Assembly (NCBI GenBank): GCA_012797695.1
Contig: JAAZOQ010000233.1
Span: 2,897 to 66,896 of the forward strand
Length of the DNA: 64,000 nt
Reading direction: 5' to 3'
Source: Anaerolineaceae bacterium
GTDB lineage: Bacteria; Chloroflexota; Anaerolineae; Anaerolineales; Anaerolineaceae
Part shown: positions 56,170 to 64,000 of the stretch, piece after piece
Numbering within the stretch: the stretch's first letter is position 1
Layout of the letters: the number at the start of each line of letters is the position of its first letter
Notes under the pieces: generated by a model
Databases searched by the model: none
What the model was told of the DNA's origin: nothing
What the model saw: the letters and a program-made list of their open reading frames with translations, nothing else
Position numbers and translations under genes: made by a program

Positions 56170-56321
56170 AGTTCTCTCCCAATTTCACTGAAGATGGCCT
56201 TATTATACCGACTCCAGAGGCAAACTGGATATAAAATGAGAGCCGCAGCAGTCGTGTTTTTCAGCGGCGCGTTGTATAATCTGGAAGGATTCTGCACGAA
56301 AAACTCGCTGAGGGAGATTCA

Positions 56322-57464
56322 ATGAAACTCCACGAATATCAATCAAAAATGCTGTTCAGCAAGAAAGGGATTCCGATCCCGAAGGGGAGATTGGCCGGGG
56401 CATCCAGCGAAGTCAAGCAGATCGCAGAAGAATTAGGGGGACGAGTCATCGTCAAATCGCAGGTATTGGTCGGTGGACGCGGGAAAGCAGGGGGCATTCG
56501 ATTAGCGAAGACTGCTGAAGAAGCCCAAGAACTGGCAACCACGATCCTGGGAATGGAAATCAAAGGACTGCCGGTACGCAAGGTACTGGTCGAGGAAGCG
56601 GTGCCCATCGAAAGAGAGTTCTACGTCGGCATCGTCAATGACCGCCGCAGTAAATGCCCGGTACTGATCGCCTCCGGCAATGGCGGTATGGATATCGAGG
56701 AAGTCGCCAAGACCAACCCCGAAAAGATCTTCCGCACCTCCATCGATCCGCTGCTGGGGCTGTGTGATTTTCAATTGCGCAATGCCGCCATTGGTATCGA
56801 TCTGCCACGGGCATTGTGGAAAGATTTCATCGAGATCATCCAACTTATGTGGCTCATCTACATCGAGAACGATGCCACCCTGACGGAGGTCAACCCACTG
56901 GTCATCAACGCTGAAAAGCACCTGGTAGCGCTGGACGCGAAGGTAATCATCGACGACAATGCTCTCTTCAGGCACCCGGAACTGGCTGATCTCCGCGACA
57001 TGGACGCGGAGGAGCCCGAAGAAACCGAGGCACGGAAGTTTGGTGTCACTTTTATTAAACTCAACGGCAACATCGGCTGCCTGGTCAATGGGGCGGGGCT
57101 CGCCATGGCTACCATGGATATTCTGGAACTATGCGGCGGAAAACCTGCTAATTTTCTGGATATCGGCGGTGGGGCCTCTGCAGAAAAAGTGGCTGCGGCG
57201 CTGAAGATCATCCTCAACGACAAAGACGTGAAATCGATCCTCATCAACATCTTTGGAGGGATCACCCGCTGCGATGAGGTAGCCAAAGGGGTACTGATGG
57301 CAGCGACCGACCTCAAAATACAAATTCCCATCGTGGTCCGGCTGGTGGGGACCAATCAGGTCGAAGGACAGCAGCTTTTGCAGGAAAAAAATTATCCAAC
57401 GGCGAGATCACTCTTGCAGGCAGCCAAAATGGCCGTGCAACTGGCCGGGGAGAAACAATCATGA
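56322..57464 (+). CDS. sucC: succinate-CoA ligase (ADP-forming) beta subunit
   Basis: [44 protein letters not shown]. Confidence 0.92.
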   Translation: MKLHEYQSKMLFSKKGIPIPKGRLAGASSEVKQIAEELGGRVIVKSQVLVGGRGKAGGIRLAKTAEEAQELATTILGMEIKGLPVRKVLVEEAVPIEREFYVGIVNDRRSKCPVLIASGNGGMDIEEVAKTNPEKIFRTSIDPLLGLCDFQLRNAAIGIDLPRALWKDFIEIIQLMWLIYIENDATLTEVNPLVINAEKHLVALDAKVIIDDNALFRHPELADLRDMDAEEPEETEARKFGVTFIKLNGNIGCLVNGAGLAMATMDILELCGGKPANFLDIGGGASAEKVAAALKIILNDKDVKSILINIFGGITRCDEVAKGVLMAATDLKIQIPIVVRLVGTNQVEGQQLLQEKNYPTARSLLQAAKMAVQLAGEKQS

Positions 57465-58324
57465 GCATTCTGACCTCACAAAACACACGTTTGCTGGTAC
57501 AGGGCATCACCGGCAGCGAAGGGCTCTTCCATACCCGACAGATGTACCAGTACAAGACCAACATCGCGGCCGGGGTCAGCCCGGGGAAAGGCGGCGAGTG
57601 GGTATTGGACGGCAAAATTCCGGTCTTTGACTCGGTCAAAGCAGCCGTCGAGACCACTGGGGCCAATGCCACTGTCATTTTTGTTCCCGCCAAGCATACG
57701 GCAGATGCCATTTTCGAAGCTGTAGACGCCGACATTCCTCTGGTCGTTTGCATCACCGAAGGGGTTCCCATTCAAGATATGATGCGGGTCACATGCTATC
57801 TGCAGGGCAAGAAGACCCGGCTAATCGGGCCGAACTGCCCCGGCATTCTCAGCCCGGGGGAAGGGAAGATTGGCATCATTCCCGCAGACATTACCTTCCC
57901 GGGGAACGTGGGGGTAATTTCGAAATCGGGTACCCTGACCTACGAGGTGCTGTACGCGCTGAAACAAGCTGATAAAGGGGTATCGACCTGCGTGGGTATC
58001 GGAGGCGACCCCATCAAGGGCAGCAGTTTCATCGACATGCTTGAATTGATGGAAGCGGACGCCAAGACTGACCAAATTGTGCTGATCGGTGAAATCGGCG
58101 GCCGCGAGGAAGAAGAAGCCGCAGAATACGTCTCGCGCTTCGTCACCAAACCGGTGGTGGCTTTCATCGCCGGGGTCACCGCCCCTCCCGGAAAGCGCAT
58201 GGGGCATGCCGGCGCCATCATCGAAGGCAAAGATGGCACTGCCCAAGAAAAGATCGAAATTCTCGAATCCTCGGGCATCCGGGTTGCTCAGCATCCCGAA
58301 CAAATTCCAGAATTGCTGGCTTAA
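57461..58324 (+). CDS. sucD: succinate-CoA ligase alpha subunit
   Basis: [30 protein letters not shown] catalytic His; ATGA overlap with sucC. Confidence 0.92.
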   Translation: MSILTSQNTRLLVQGITGSEGLFHTRQMYQYKTNIAAGVSPGKGGEWVLDGKIPVFDSVKAAVETTGANATVIFVPAKHTADAIFEAVDADIPLVVCITEGVPIQDMMRVTCYLQGKKTRLIGPNCPGILSPGEGKIGIIPADITFPGNVGVISKSGTLTYEVLYALKQADKGVSTCVGIGGDPIKGSSFIDMLELMEADAKTDQIVLIGEIGGREEEEAAEYVSRFVTKPVVAFIAGVTAPPGKRMGHAGAIIEGKDGTAQEKIEILESSGIRVAQHPEQIPELLA

Positions 58325-58329
58325 AATAA

Positions 58330-58357
58330 AGAGGTGCAGTCAGATGGCTGCACCTCT
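58330..58357. terminator. bidirectional hairpin between sucD and the ACP gene
   Basis: AGAGGTGCAG-8 nt-CTGCACCTCT. Confidence 0.65.
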
Positions 58358-58376
58358 CATAATTCCAGTTGTGTCT

Positions 58377-58613
58377 CTATTTCTTGTGGCCGTCGATGTA
58401 AGTAACCGCATCTTTAACGGTTTTAATGCTGCGGGCATCTTCGTCATTGATATTGATGCCGAATTTTTCGCAAAAACCGTCGATCAGGAAAAACTGATCC
58501 ATTGAATCGGCCTTCAGGTCTTCGACAAAACGAGTATCTTCTTTGACCTCTTTTTCGTCCACCTTTAAGACATCGACAATTACTGCCTTCACTTTGTCAT
58601 ATGTGTCGCTCAT
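58377..58613 (-). CDS. acyl carrier protein-like (stand-alone)
   Basis: 78 aa, four-helix pattern with the LKADSMD phosphopantetheine Ser motif. Confidence 0.75.
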   Translation of the reverse strand: MSDTYDKVKAVIVDVLKVDEKEVKEDTRFVEDLKADSMDQFFLIDGFCEKFGININDEDARSIKTVKDAVTYIDGHKK

Positions 58614-58821
58614 TTCAAGCCTCCTGGAATCTTTCTTTCATATTCTGATATTTTGAATTGTAACTTTCCTGCTCGTTCTGTCAAGTATTCTTGCATACGC
58701 TTTTATGTTATGATGAATTTTGGATGCAACGTCTGAACACCTCCAGAACCTGCAAGCAGAAATATTCTACTAAACAATAACACCGAAAAAGCCATTTCGA
58801 TCTGCTATACTCAAGAACAAT

Positions 58822-59853
58822 ATGGAAAATCATTCGATCCATACACAACGCAAAGACGATCACCTGCGCATCAACCTCGAAGAAGACGTCCGCTCTGGTC
58901 TCCGCAACGGGTTGGAACGAATTCAACTGGAACACTGCGCCCTGCCTGAGTTTGCACTCAATGACGTGGACCTCAGCAGTGACTTTCTGGGAATGAAAAT
59001 TGCGCTGCCGCTGCTGGTTTCCTCCATGACCGGGGGGACTGAGCAAGGAGCCGAGATCAATGCCCGCCTGGCCAACGCCGCTGAAGCAATGGGTGTAGCA
59101 ATGGGGCTGGGCTCGCAGCGCACTGCGCTGAAAAACCCGGCCGCGGAGCGGTCTTTTCAAGTAAGGAAATATGCCCCCACCATCCCGATCTTTGCCAATC
59201 TGGGCGCCGTGCAATTGAATTACGGGGTTACACCCGAAGACTGCATGCGGCTGGTGGAAATGGCAGAAGCCAACGCGTTGATTCTGCATCTGAACCCACT
59301 GCAGGAGGCCTTGCAGCCCGAAGGAGAGAGCAACTTCAGCAGTCTGCTGCCCAAAATCGAGTCCGTTTGCAAACGCGTACCCGTCCCCGTGATCGTTAAA
59401 GAAGTCGGCTGGGGTATTTCGGGCAAAGTTGCCTTTCTGCTCAAGCAAGCCGGCGTTGCTGCCATCGACGTGGCCGGAGCGGGCGGAACCTCTTGGGCAC
59501 AGGTTGAGATGTTCCGTGCCAAAACTGAATCCGATCAGCGCATTGCCGCTCACTTCCGCGATTGGGGGATTCCTACCGCTACTGCGCTGCGCCAAATCCG
59601 TGAACTGAATCTGGGCCTGCCCGTGATCGCTTCCGGCGGAATCCGCAAGGGTATTGAGATCGCCAAGTGCATCGCTCTGGGAGCCGATCTATGCGGCATC
59701 GCCGGGTCATTTCTGCAAGCGGCGTCCCTTTCCAGTGAAGCCGTACTGGAAGCTTTCGAGGAAATTCGCAAAGAGCTCGCCATTGCCATGTTTGCCTGCG
59801 GGGCCAGCAATCTTGCCAAACTGAAAACTACAGGAACCTTTCCCCTTGACTGA
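58822..59853 (+). CDS. fni: type 2 isopentenyl-diphosphate delta-isomerase (FMN-dependent)
   Basis: RKDDHL, SSMTGG, GSQR, VKEVG.G, SGGIR.G. Confidence 0.88.
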   Translation: MENHSIHTQRKDDHLRINLEEDVRSGLRNGLERIQLEHCALPEFALNDVDLSSDFLGMKIALPLLVSSMTGGTEQGAEINARLANAAEAMGVAMGLGSQRTALKNPAAERSFQVRKYAPTIPIFANLGAVQLNYGVTPEDCMRLVEMAEANALILHLNPLQEALQPEGESNFSSLLPKIESVCKRVPVPVIVKEVGWGISGKVAFLLKQAGVAAIDVAGAGGTSWAQVEMFRAKTESDQRIAAHFRDWGIPTATALRQIRELNLGLPVIASGGIRKGIEIAKCIALGADLCGIAGSFLQAASLSSEAVLEAFEEIRKELAIAMFACGASNLAKLKTTGTFPLD

Positions 59854-60859
59854 ATCCCTTTCACTGCCCCAATTGCAGGAAGCCATTGAAAACGAATTGA
59901 TGAGCTGCGTCGGCCAGGCAGAAGATGCCCGCTATTCAGAATACCAATCCATGTTTACCTATCAAATGGACTGGGAAACCAGCGAAAACGCAAAACGCGG
60001 AAAACGGGTGCGCCCATTGCTGGTGCTGCTGAGTACCCATGCCGTGGGCGGGAACTGGAGCGATGCCCTGCCGGCAGCCGCCGCGCTTGAATTGCTGCAC
60101 AATTTTTCGCTGGTCCACGATGACATTCAGGATAAAAGCCCCACCCGGCGAGGCAAAGCCACTGAATGGGTCAAATGGGGCGAAGCTCTGGCCATCAATA
60201 CCGGCGACGGACTGCTGGCAATTTCTTCCCTGGCCCTGAAACGTCTCGCTCCCCGGCTGACAGCGAAAAAAACGCTGCAAATCCATGATCTCACCCACAC
60301 TGCCCTGCTCAACCTGACGCGCGGACAATATCTCGACATGTCTTTCGAAACACAAGAAAACGTACCCGTGGAAGATTACTGGGAAATGGTACACGGCAAA
60401 ACCTGCTCTCTGCTGGCAACCGCGCTTGAGATCGGGGCCCTGATCGGCGGTGCCGCCCCCTGGCAGCAGGCAGCCTTGCACACCTGCGGCATCCGTTTGG
60501 GAGAGGCTTATCAGGTACAGGACGACTGGCTGGGAATCTGGGGAGACAGCGCGCAGACCGGAAAATCAAATCAATCTGATCTGCTCGAGCGGAAAAAATC
60601 TTACCCGATCCTTTGCGCACTGGCACTAAAAGGACACTTCTCTCAGGTCTGGCGCTCCCTGCCGGGCAGCATTCCCCCCACAGAAATCCCCGGGCTGCTG
60701 GAAGCACTGGAAAAAGATGGCATTCGACAGAAAACCGAGGCCAAGATGTCTGAACTTTACGATGATACTTTTGCTCTGCTGGATACCGCCGGCTGCAGCC
60801 AGGATTCCCTTGCGCCCCTGCGGGAATTATTTACCAAACTGATCCGGCGCGCTCAATAA
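59846..60859 (+). CDS. polyprenyl (geranylgeranyl-type) diphosphate synthase
   Basis: First Asp-rich motif LVHDDIQD and second QVQDDWLG; TTG start overlapping the fni stop. Confidence 0.85.
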   Translation: MTESLSLPQLQEAIENELMSCVGQAEDARYSEYQSMFTYQMDWETSENAKRGKRVRPLLVLLSTHAVGGNWSDALPAAAALELLHNFSLVHDDIQDKSPTRRGKATEWVKWGEALAINTGDGLLAISSLALKRLAPRLTAKKTLQIHDLTHTALLNLTRGQYLDMSFETQENVPVEDYWEMVHGKTCSLLATALEIGALIGGAAPWQQAALHTCGIRLGEAYQVQDDWLGIWGDSAQTGKSNQSDLLERKKSYPILCALALKGHFSQVWRSLPGSIPPTEIPGLLEALEKDGIRQKTEAKMSELYDDTFALLDTAGCSQDSLAPLRELFTKLIRRAQ

Positions 60860-61320
60860 AGCAAAGGGCCGACGCACACAGCAGTTGGCTTGCAGCAATG
60901 CTCCTTGGCCAGCACGCGCATGGATTTACCCGTGTCCGGTTCACATAACTCGGGAGCAATTTCCGCCACCGGCAAGATCAAATGGTCCAGCCGAAAAAGA
61001 TTGGGGTCAAAAACCTCCCCGGCAAAGACCAGAATATCCAGATCGATCGTGCGGGGAGCATTCTTATCGGCAGTACGTACCCGCCCCAAAACAGATTCAA
61101 TGTGAGCCAAAATCTGCTGCTTGAGCGTCTGACTGGAAAGATCCGTCTCGATCAAAACCGCTGCATTGAGAAAAGCAGGCCCATTGGAGCCCACGGCCGC
61201 CGTCTCCCAGCGAGAAGAAACCGCCAGAACTTTTACCAGTCGTGCCAACTGGCGTAAAGCTTCCGGCAGGTTCTGGTCGGGAGAAATATTCGAGCCAAGA
61301 CCAAGAATTGCCTGCGACAT
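60853..61320 (-). CDS. folK: 2-amino-4-hydroxy-6-hydroxymethyldihydropteridine diphosphokinase
   Basis: LGLGSN, FLNAAV, PRTIDLDIL. Confidence 0.85.
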   Translation of the reverse strand: MSQAILGLGSNISPDQNLPEALRQLARLVKVLAVSSRWETAAVGSNGPAFLNAAVLIETDLSSQTLKQQILAHIESVLGRVRTADKNAPRTIDLDILVFAGEVFDPNLFRLDHLILPVAEIAPELCEPDTGKSMRVLAKEHCCKPTAVCVGPLLY

Positions 61321-61328
61321 ACTTCCTC

Positions 61329-61682
61329 TTAGCTGCGGCTGCGTTCGATCTCGACCCCAACAGATTTCGAAAAACGCACCGCACCGGGTTTCTCAACGCG
61401 CACACGCACACTCACTACCTTTTCGTCTTCCAAAATGAGGCTGGCAATATCCGTTGCCAACGCTTCCACCGTATAACGCTGCACCTTCTCGACATGCGCC
61501 AAAATCTTCTTGGCAATCGTGCGGTAATTGACACTATCTTCGACATTGTCTGAAATACCAGCTGAGTGAATATCCGCAGACATGACCACGTTCACCAGAA
61601 TATCCTGGGGTTGTTCCCGTTCCCGATCAGAAATGCCAATTACACCGCGAATCAATAAATCATTGATAAAAATCTGATCCAT
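61329..61682 (-). CDS. folB: dihydroneopterin aldolase
   Basis: I.I.DL...G.IG....ER...Q......V, VNY, VRVEKPGA. Confidence 0.85.
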   Translation of the reverse strand: MDQIFINDLLIRGVIGISDREREQPQDILVNVVMSADIHSAGISDNVEDSVNYRTIAKKILAHVEKVQRYTVEALATDIASLILEDEKVVSVRVRVEKPGAVRFSKSVGVEIERSRS

Positions 61683-61695
61683 GTTTTCTCCTTGC

Positions 61696-62436
61696 TCAGA
61701 TTAAGTGTCTGCCCCCATCCAGATGAATGATCTCCCCGGTAATATATTCAGGGCCAGTCAACAAAAAACGGCACAGGTCTTCCAGTTCATCAATACTGGC
61801 CCAACGCCGCGCCGGAACGTTGCGCAAAATCGCTTCAGATTCACCGCCATCACTCGGAGGCAAAATAGCGCCAAGCGCAATTGCATTCACCGTCACCTGG
61901 GGCGCACCTGCCACCGCACAGGCCTGGGTCAGCGCGGCCAGACCGGCCTTGCTGATAGTATAGCCAAAATGATCGCGGCCGGGACGCAGAGCGCGCCAAT
62001 CCAGCATATTGATCACACGGCCTGGTTCACCTGCCGCATGCAGGCGAATGAAGGCCTGGCTGAGCAAGAATGGAGCGGTCAAATTCACTGCCAGATTTTG
62101 CTGCCAGGTGGTCAGATCCGTCTCGAGAAGCCCGCCCGGTGGAAAAATCGCCGCATTATTGATCAAACCATATAACGGGGCCTCCGTGAAGACGGCTGCA
62201 ATCAACCGCTCCATTTCGGCAGGCTGAGAAAGATCAGCCTGAACGATGCGAGCCCGCACTCCCAGAGATTCCGCCTCGGCTGCCGTAGACTCCGCATCTG
62301 CCTGCGAATGACCGTGGTGAATGATCACCTCCGCGCCCAGACGTGCCGCGGTCAGCGCCATCACTTTGCCCAGACGGTAAGCTGAGCCAGTCACCAAAAT
62401 CGATTTGCCGGCAAGGGGTTTTTGCGTCGTTTCCAT
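61696..62436 (-). CDS. SDR oxidoreductase, pteridine reductase/FolM-like
   Basis: TGSAYRLG (TGX3RXG variant), NNAA, YTISK; directly upstream of folB-folK on the same strand. Confidence 0.8.
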   Translation of the reverse strand: METTQKPLAGKSILVTGSAYRLGKVMALTAARLGAEVIIHHGHSQADAESTAAEAESLGVRARIVQADLSQPAEMERLIAAVFTEAPLYGLINNAAIFPPGGLLETDLTTWQQNLAVNLTAPFLLSQAFIRLHAAGEPGRVINMLDWRALRPGRDHFGYTISKAGLAALTQACAVAGAPQVTVNAIALGAILPPSDGGESEAILRNVPARRWASIDELEDLCRFLLTGPEYITGEIIHLDGGRHLI

Positions 62437-62531
62437 TTTTTAATAGTAGAAGTGAAAGAAAAGGATGTCAAGGGCATGACGAGAAAAGAACGCTTCTGTA
62501 TAATGAGGTCAGTCAACTCAAGGAGTCAAAA

Positions 62532-63284
62532 ATGCAGGCTTATTCAAGTGGATTTGCTAAAGTCTACCAACAAAAATGGGGAAACTTCTCGGCCGTGGTT
62601 GCTCCCATTCTTCTCCATTTCTATCGAGAAACCCCCTCCGGGCAAGAAAATCAGCCTGTTCTGGACCTGTGCTGCGGGGCCGGGCACCTGGCCCGTTTGC
62701 TGCTGGAAGCAGGCTTCCCGGTTACCGGGCTGGACCTTTCAGAAGCCATGCTGCAACACGCACGTGAAAATTGTCGGGAATACATCGAACAGGGAAAAGC
62801 GCATTTCATCCAGGGAGACGCCAGTGATTTTGCAGTAGAGGGAAAGTTTGGTCTGGTCGTCTCGACTTACGACGCCATGAATCACCTGCCCGATCTGGAA
62901 GCGCTGGAAAACTGCTTCAAATGTGTGAGAAAACTGGAACCAACTGCATTCGTCTTTGATATGAATACACGCAAAGGATTGAAGCGCTGGAATGGCATTT
63001 CGATCAGTGAGGAAGAAGATCTGATGCTGATCAATCGCGGCGTGTATGAAGAGGGGTTACCCAAAGCCTGGATGCGGTTAACCGGTTTTTCAAAACAAGA
63101 AAATGGCAGCTATGAACGTTTCGAAGAGACCGTTCACAATCTGGCGGTTCCGTTGAACTGGGTTAAAGAAGCTCTGCTGCGCTCTGGCTGGCAAAAGATC
63201 CGCTTTACGACCCTGCGCGACCTCAAACAAGACCTGGCGGAACCAGAAAACGAGGGACGCGTTTTCGTTGTAGCTGAGCCATAA
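62532..63284 (+). CDS. class I SAM-dependent methyltransferase
   Basis: VLDLCCGAGHL motif I, GLDLS; AGGAG SD before the ATG at 62532 (the track ORF start is further upstream and overlaps the SDR gene). Confidence 0.75.
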   Translation: MQAYSSGFAKVYQQKWGNFSAVVAPILLHFYRETPSGQENQPVLDLCCGAGHLARLLLEAGFPVTGLDLSEAMLQHARENCREYIEQGKAHFIQGDASDFAVEGKFGLVVSTYDAMNHLPDLEALENCFKCVRKLEPTAFVFDMNTRKGLKRWNGISISEEEDLMLINRGVYEEGLPKAWMRLTGFSKQENGSYERFEETVHNLAVPLNWVKEALLRSGWQKIRFTTLRDLKQDLAEPENEGRVFVVAEP

Positions 63285-63316
63285 AAAAGCGCTCCCGTTG
63301 AGGGGAGCGCGAAATT
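63283..63316. terminator. bidirectional hairpin between the methyltransferase and TauE genes
   Basis: AAAAAA-GCGCTCCC-GTTGAG-GGGAGCGC-GAAATTT. Confidence 0.7.
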
Positions 63317-63329
63317 TCATTGAGGAATC

Positions 63330-64000
63330 TCACTGTAAGAAGATCATGGCCACACCCAGACAGGCAAAGACCCCGCCCACCAGACGATTCAGTGTTTTCT
63401 CGGAAACACGATTGGCCAGGCGAGCACTCAACAAGCCCCCAATCACCGCAGCCACCGTCAAGATCGCCCCGGTGGAAAAATCGACATTCTCCTGCAGGGC
63501 ATAACCCAACGTACCGGAAGCCGCCGTCAGCGCCATAATCAAAGAAGAAGTGCCAATGGCCATGTGGGTCGGAAATTTTAAAACGATCATTAAAACCAGC
63601 AGGAACATCAGCCCTCCGCCGGCACCGAACAGACCGCTGATCACGCCCAGAATGATCCCAATGCCCAGCGTGATCAGACGATTCTTCCAATTCAAGATCG
63701 CCAGTTTACTGTCACTCACCTCGCGGGTGGGACGGGTGCTCTTGATCCACATCGATATCGCCATCAAGAACATAAAAAACACAAAGCCCTTACTCATCAG
63801 ATCGCTGGAAAGGGCCTCATTTGCCACCAACGCGCCCGCCTGGGCGCCCAAAATTGCACCCACCGCCAACCACAACCCGGCTTTCAAATTCACATTTCCG
63901 CGTTTGTAATAAGAATAAGCCACAAACAACGGCGTGATCATATCGACAAACAAACTGGTTCCTACGGCAGTGTGCATGGAAAATCCCAAGATCATCGTCA
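63330..64000 (-). CDS. TauE/SafE (DUF81) family anion exporter, 5' end outside the window
   Basis: Multiple TM helices with AVGTSL and AIGTSS repeats; the frame stays open to the window edge and the first TM expected for the family is missing. Confidence 0.75.
   Translation of the reverse strand, partial: TMILGFSMHTAVGTSLFVDMITPLFVAYSYYKRGNVNLKAGLWLAVGAILGAQAGALVANEALSSDLMSKGFVFFMFLMAISMWIKSTRPTREVSDSKLAILNWKNRLITLGIGIILGVISGLFGAGGGLMFLLVLMIVLKFPTHMAIGTSSLIMALTAASGTLGYALQENVDFSTGAILTVAAVIGGLLSARLANRVSEKTLNRLVGGVFACLGVAMIFLQ

Overview
This 64 kb window is bacterial and mostly housekeeping. By gene content and style it resembles Chloroflexota/Anaerolineae, but that guess is tentative and no search was possible. 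I support about 70 protein genes, four tRNAs (Arg-TCT, Val-TAC, Asp-GTC, Arg-CCG), one tmRNA, one intact IS4-type insertion sequence with target-site duplication, and several hairpin terminators and sigma70-like promoters. There is no CRISPR array, prophage or rRNA.

Recognisable core genes include rpoD, ligA, ndk, smpB, hppA, mreB, ruvA/ruvC/yebC, sucCD, proC, glpD, mog, hutH-like, fni plus a polyprenyl synthase, folK/folB plus a FolM-like reductase, and a yfiH-yggS-yggT-yggU string.

The best candidate for an undescribed system is a tightly packed five-gene operon at 33739-39165. It encodes:
- a small membrane Zn-ribbon protein;
- a DUF2207-like single-pass membrane protein whose predicted cytoplasmic C-terminus ends in GGGGGSS-CACACACAGCACACA-GGGR;
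- a PqqD/RRE-fused radical SAM/SPASM enzyme;
- a tandem paralog that keeps the RRE and the GGE SAM-binding block but has lost every Fe-S cysteine (a pseudo-radical-SAM);
- a class I SAM methyltransferase.
The last three genes are translationally coupled, and I found no separate small precursor ORF. I therefore infer that the Cys/Ala tail of the membrane protein is the substrate.

Secondary items:
- two AT-rich accessory patches next to tRNA-Arg genes; the second holds the IS and an unexplained 0.5 kb non-coding stretch;
- a membrane-anchored NACHT/HEAT NTPase;
- a PHP-AlbA_2 fusion protein;
- a convergent sortase pair, plus a possible sortase substrate elsewhere in the window;
- a TPR protein with six LPDW(L/M)(R/K)S motifs.

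All family assignments come from motifs read in the supplied translations, not from database hits.
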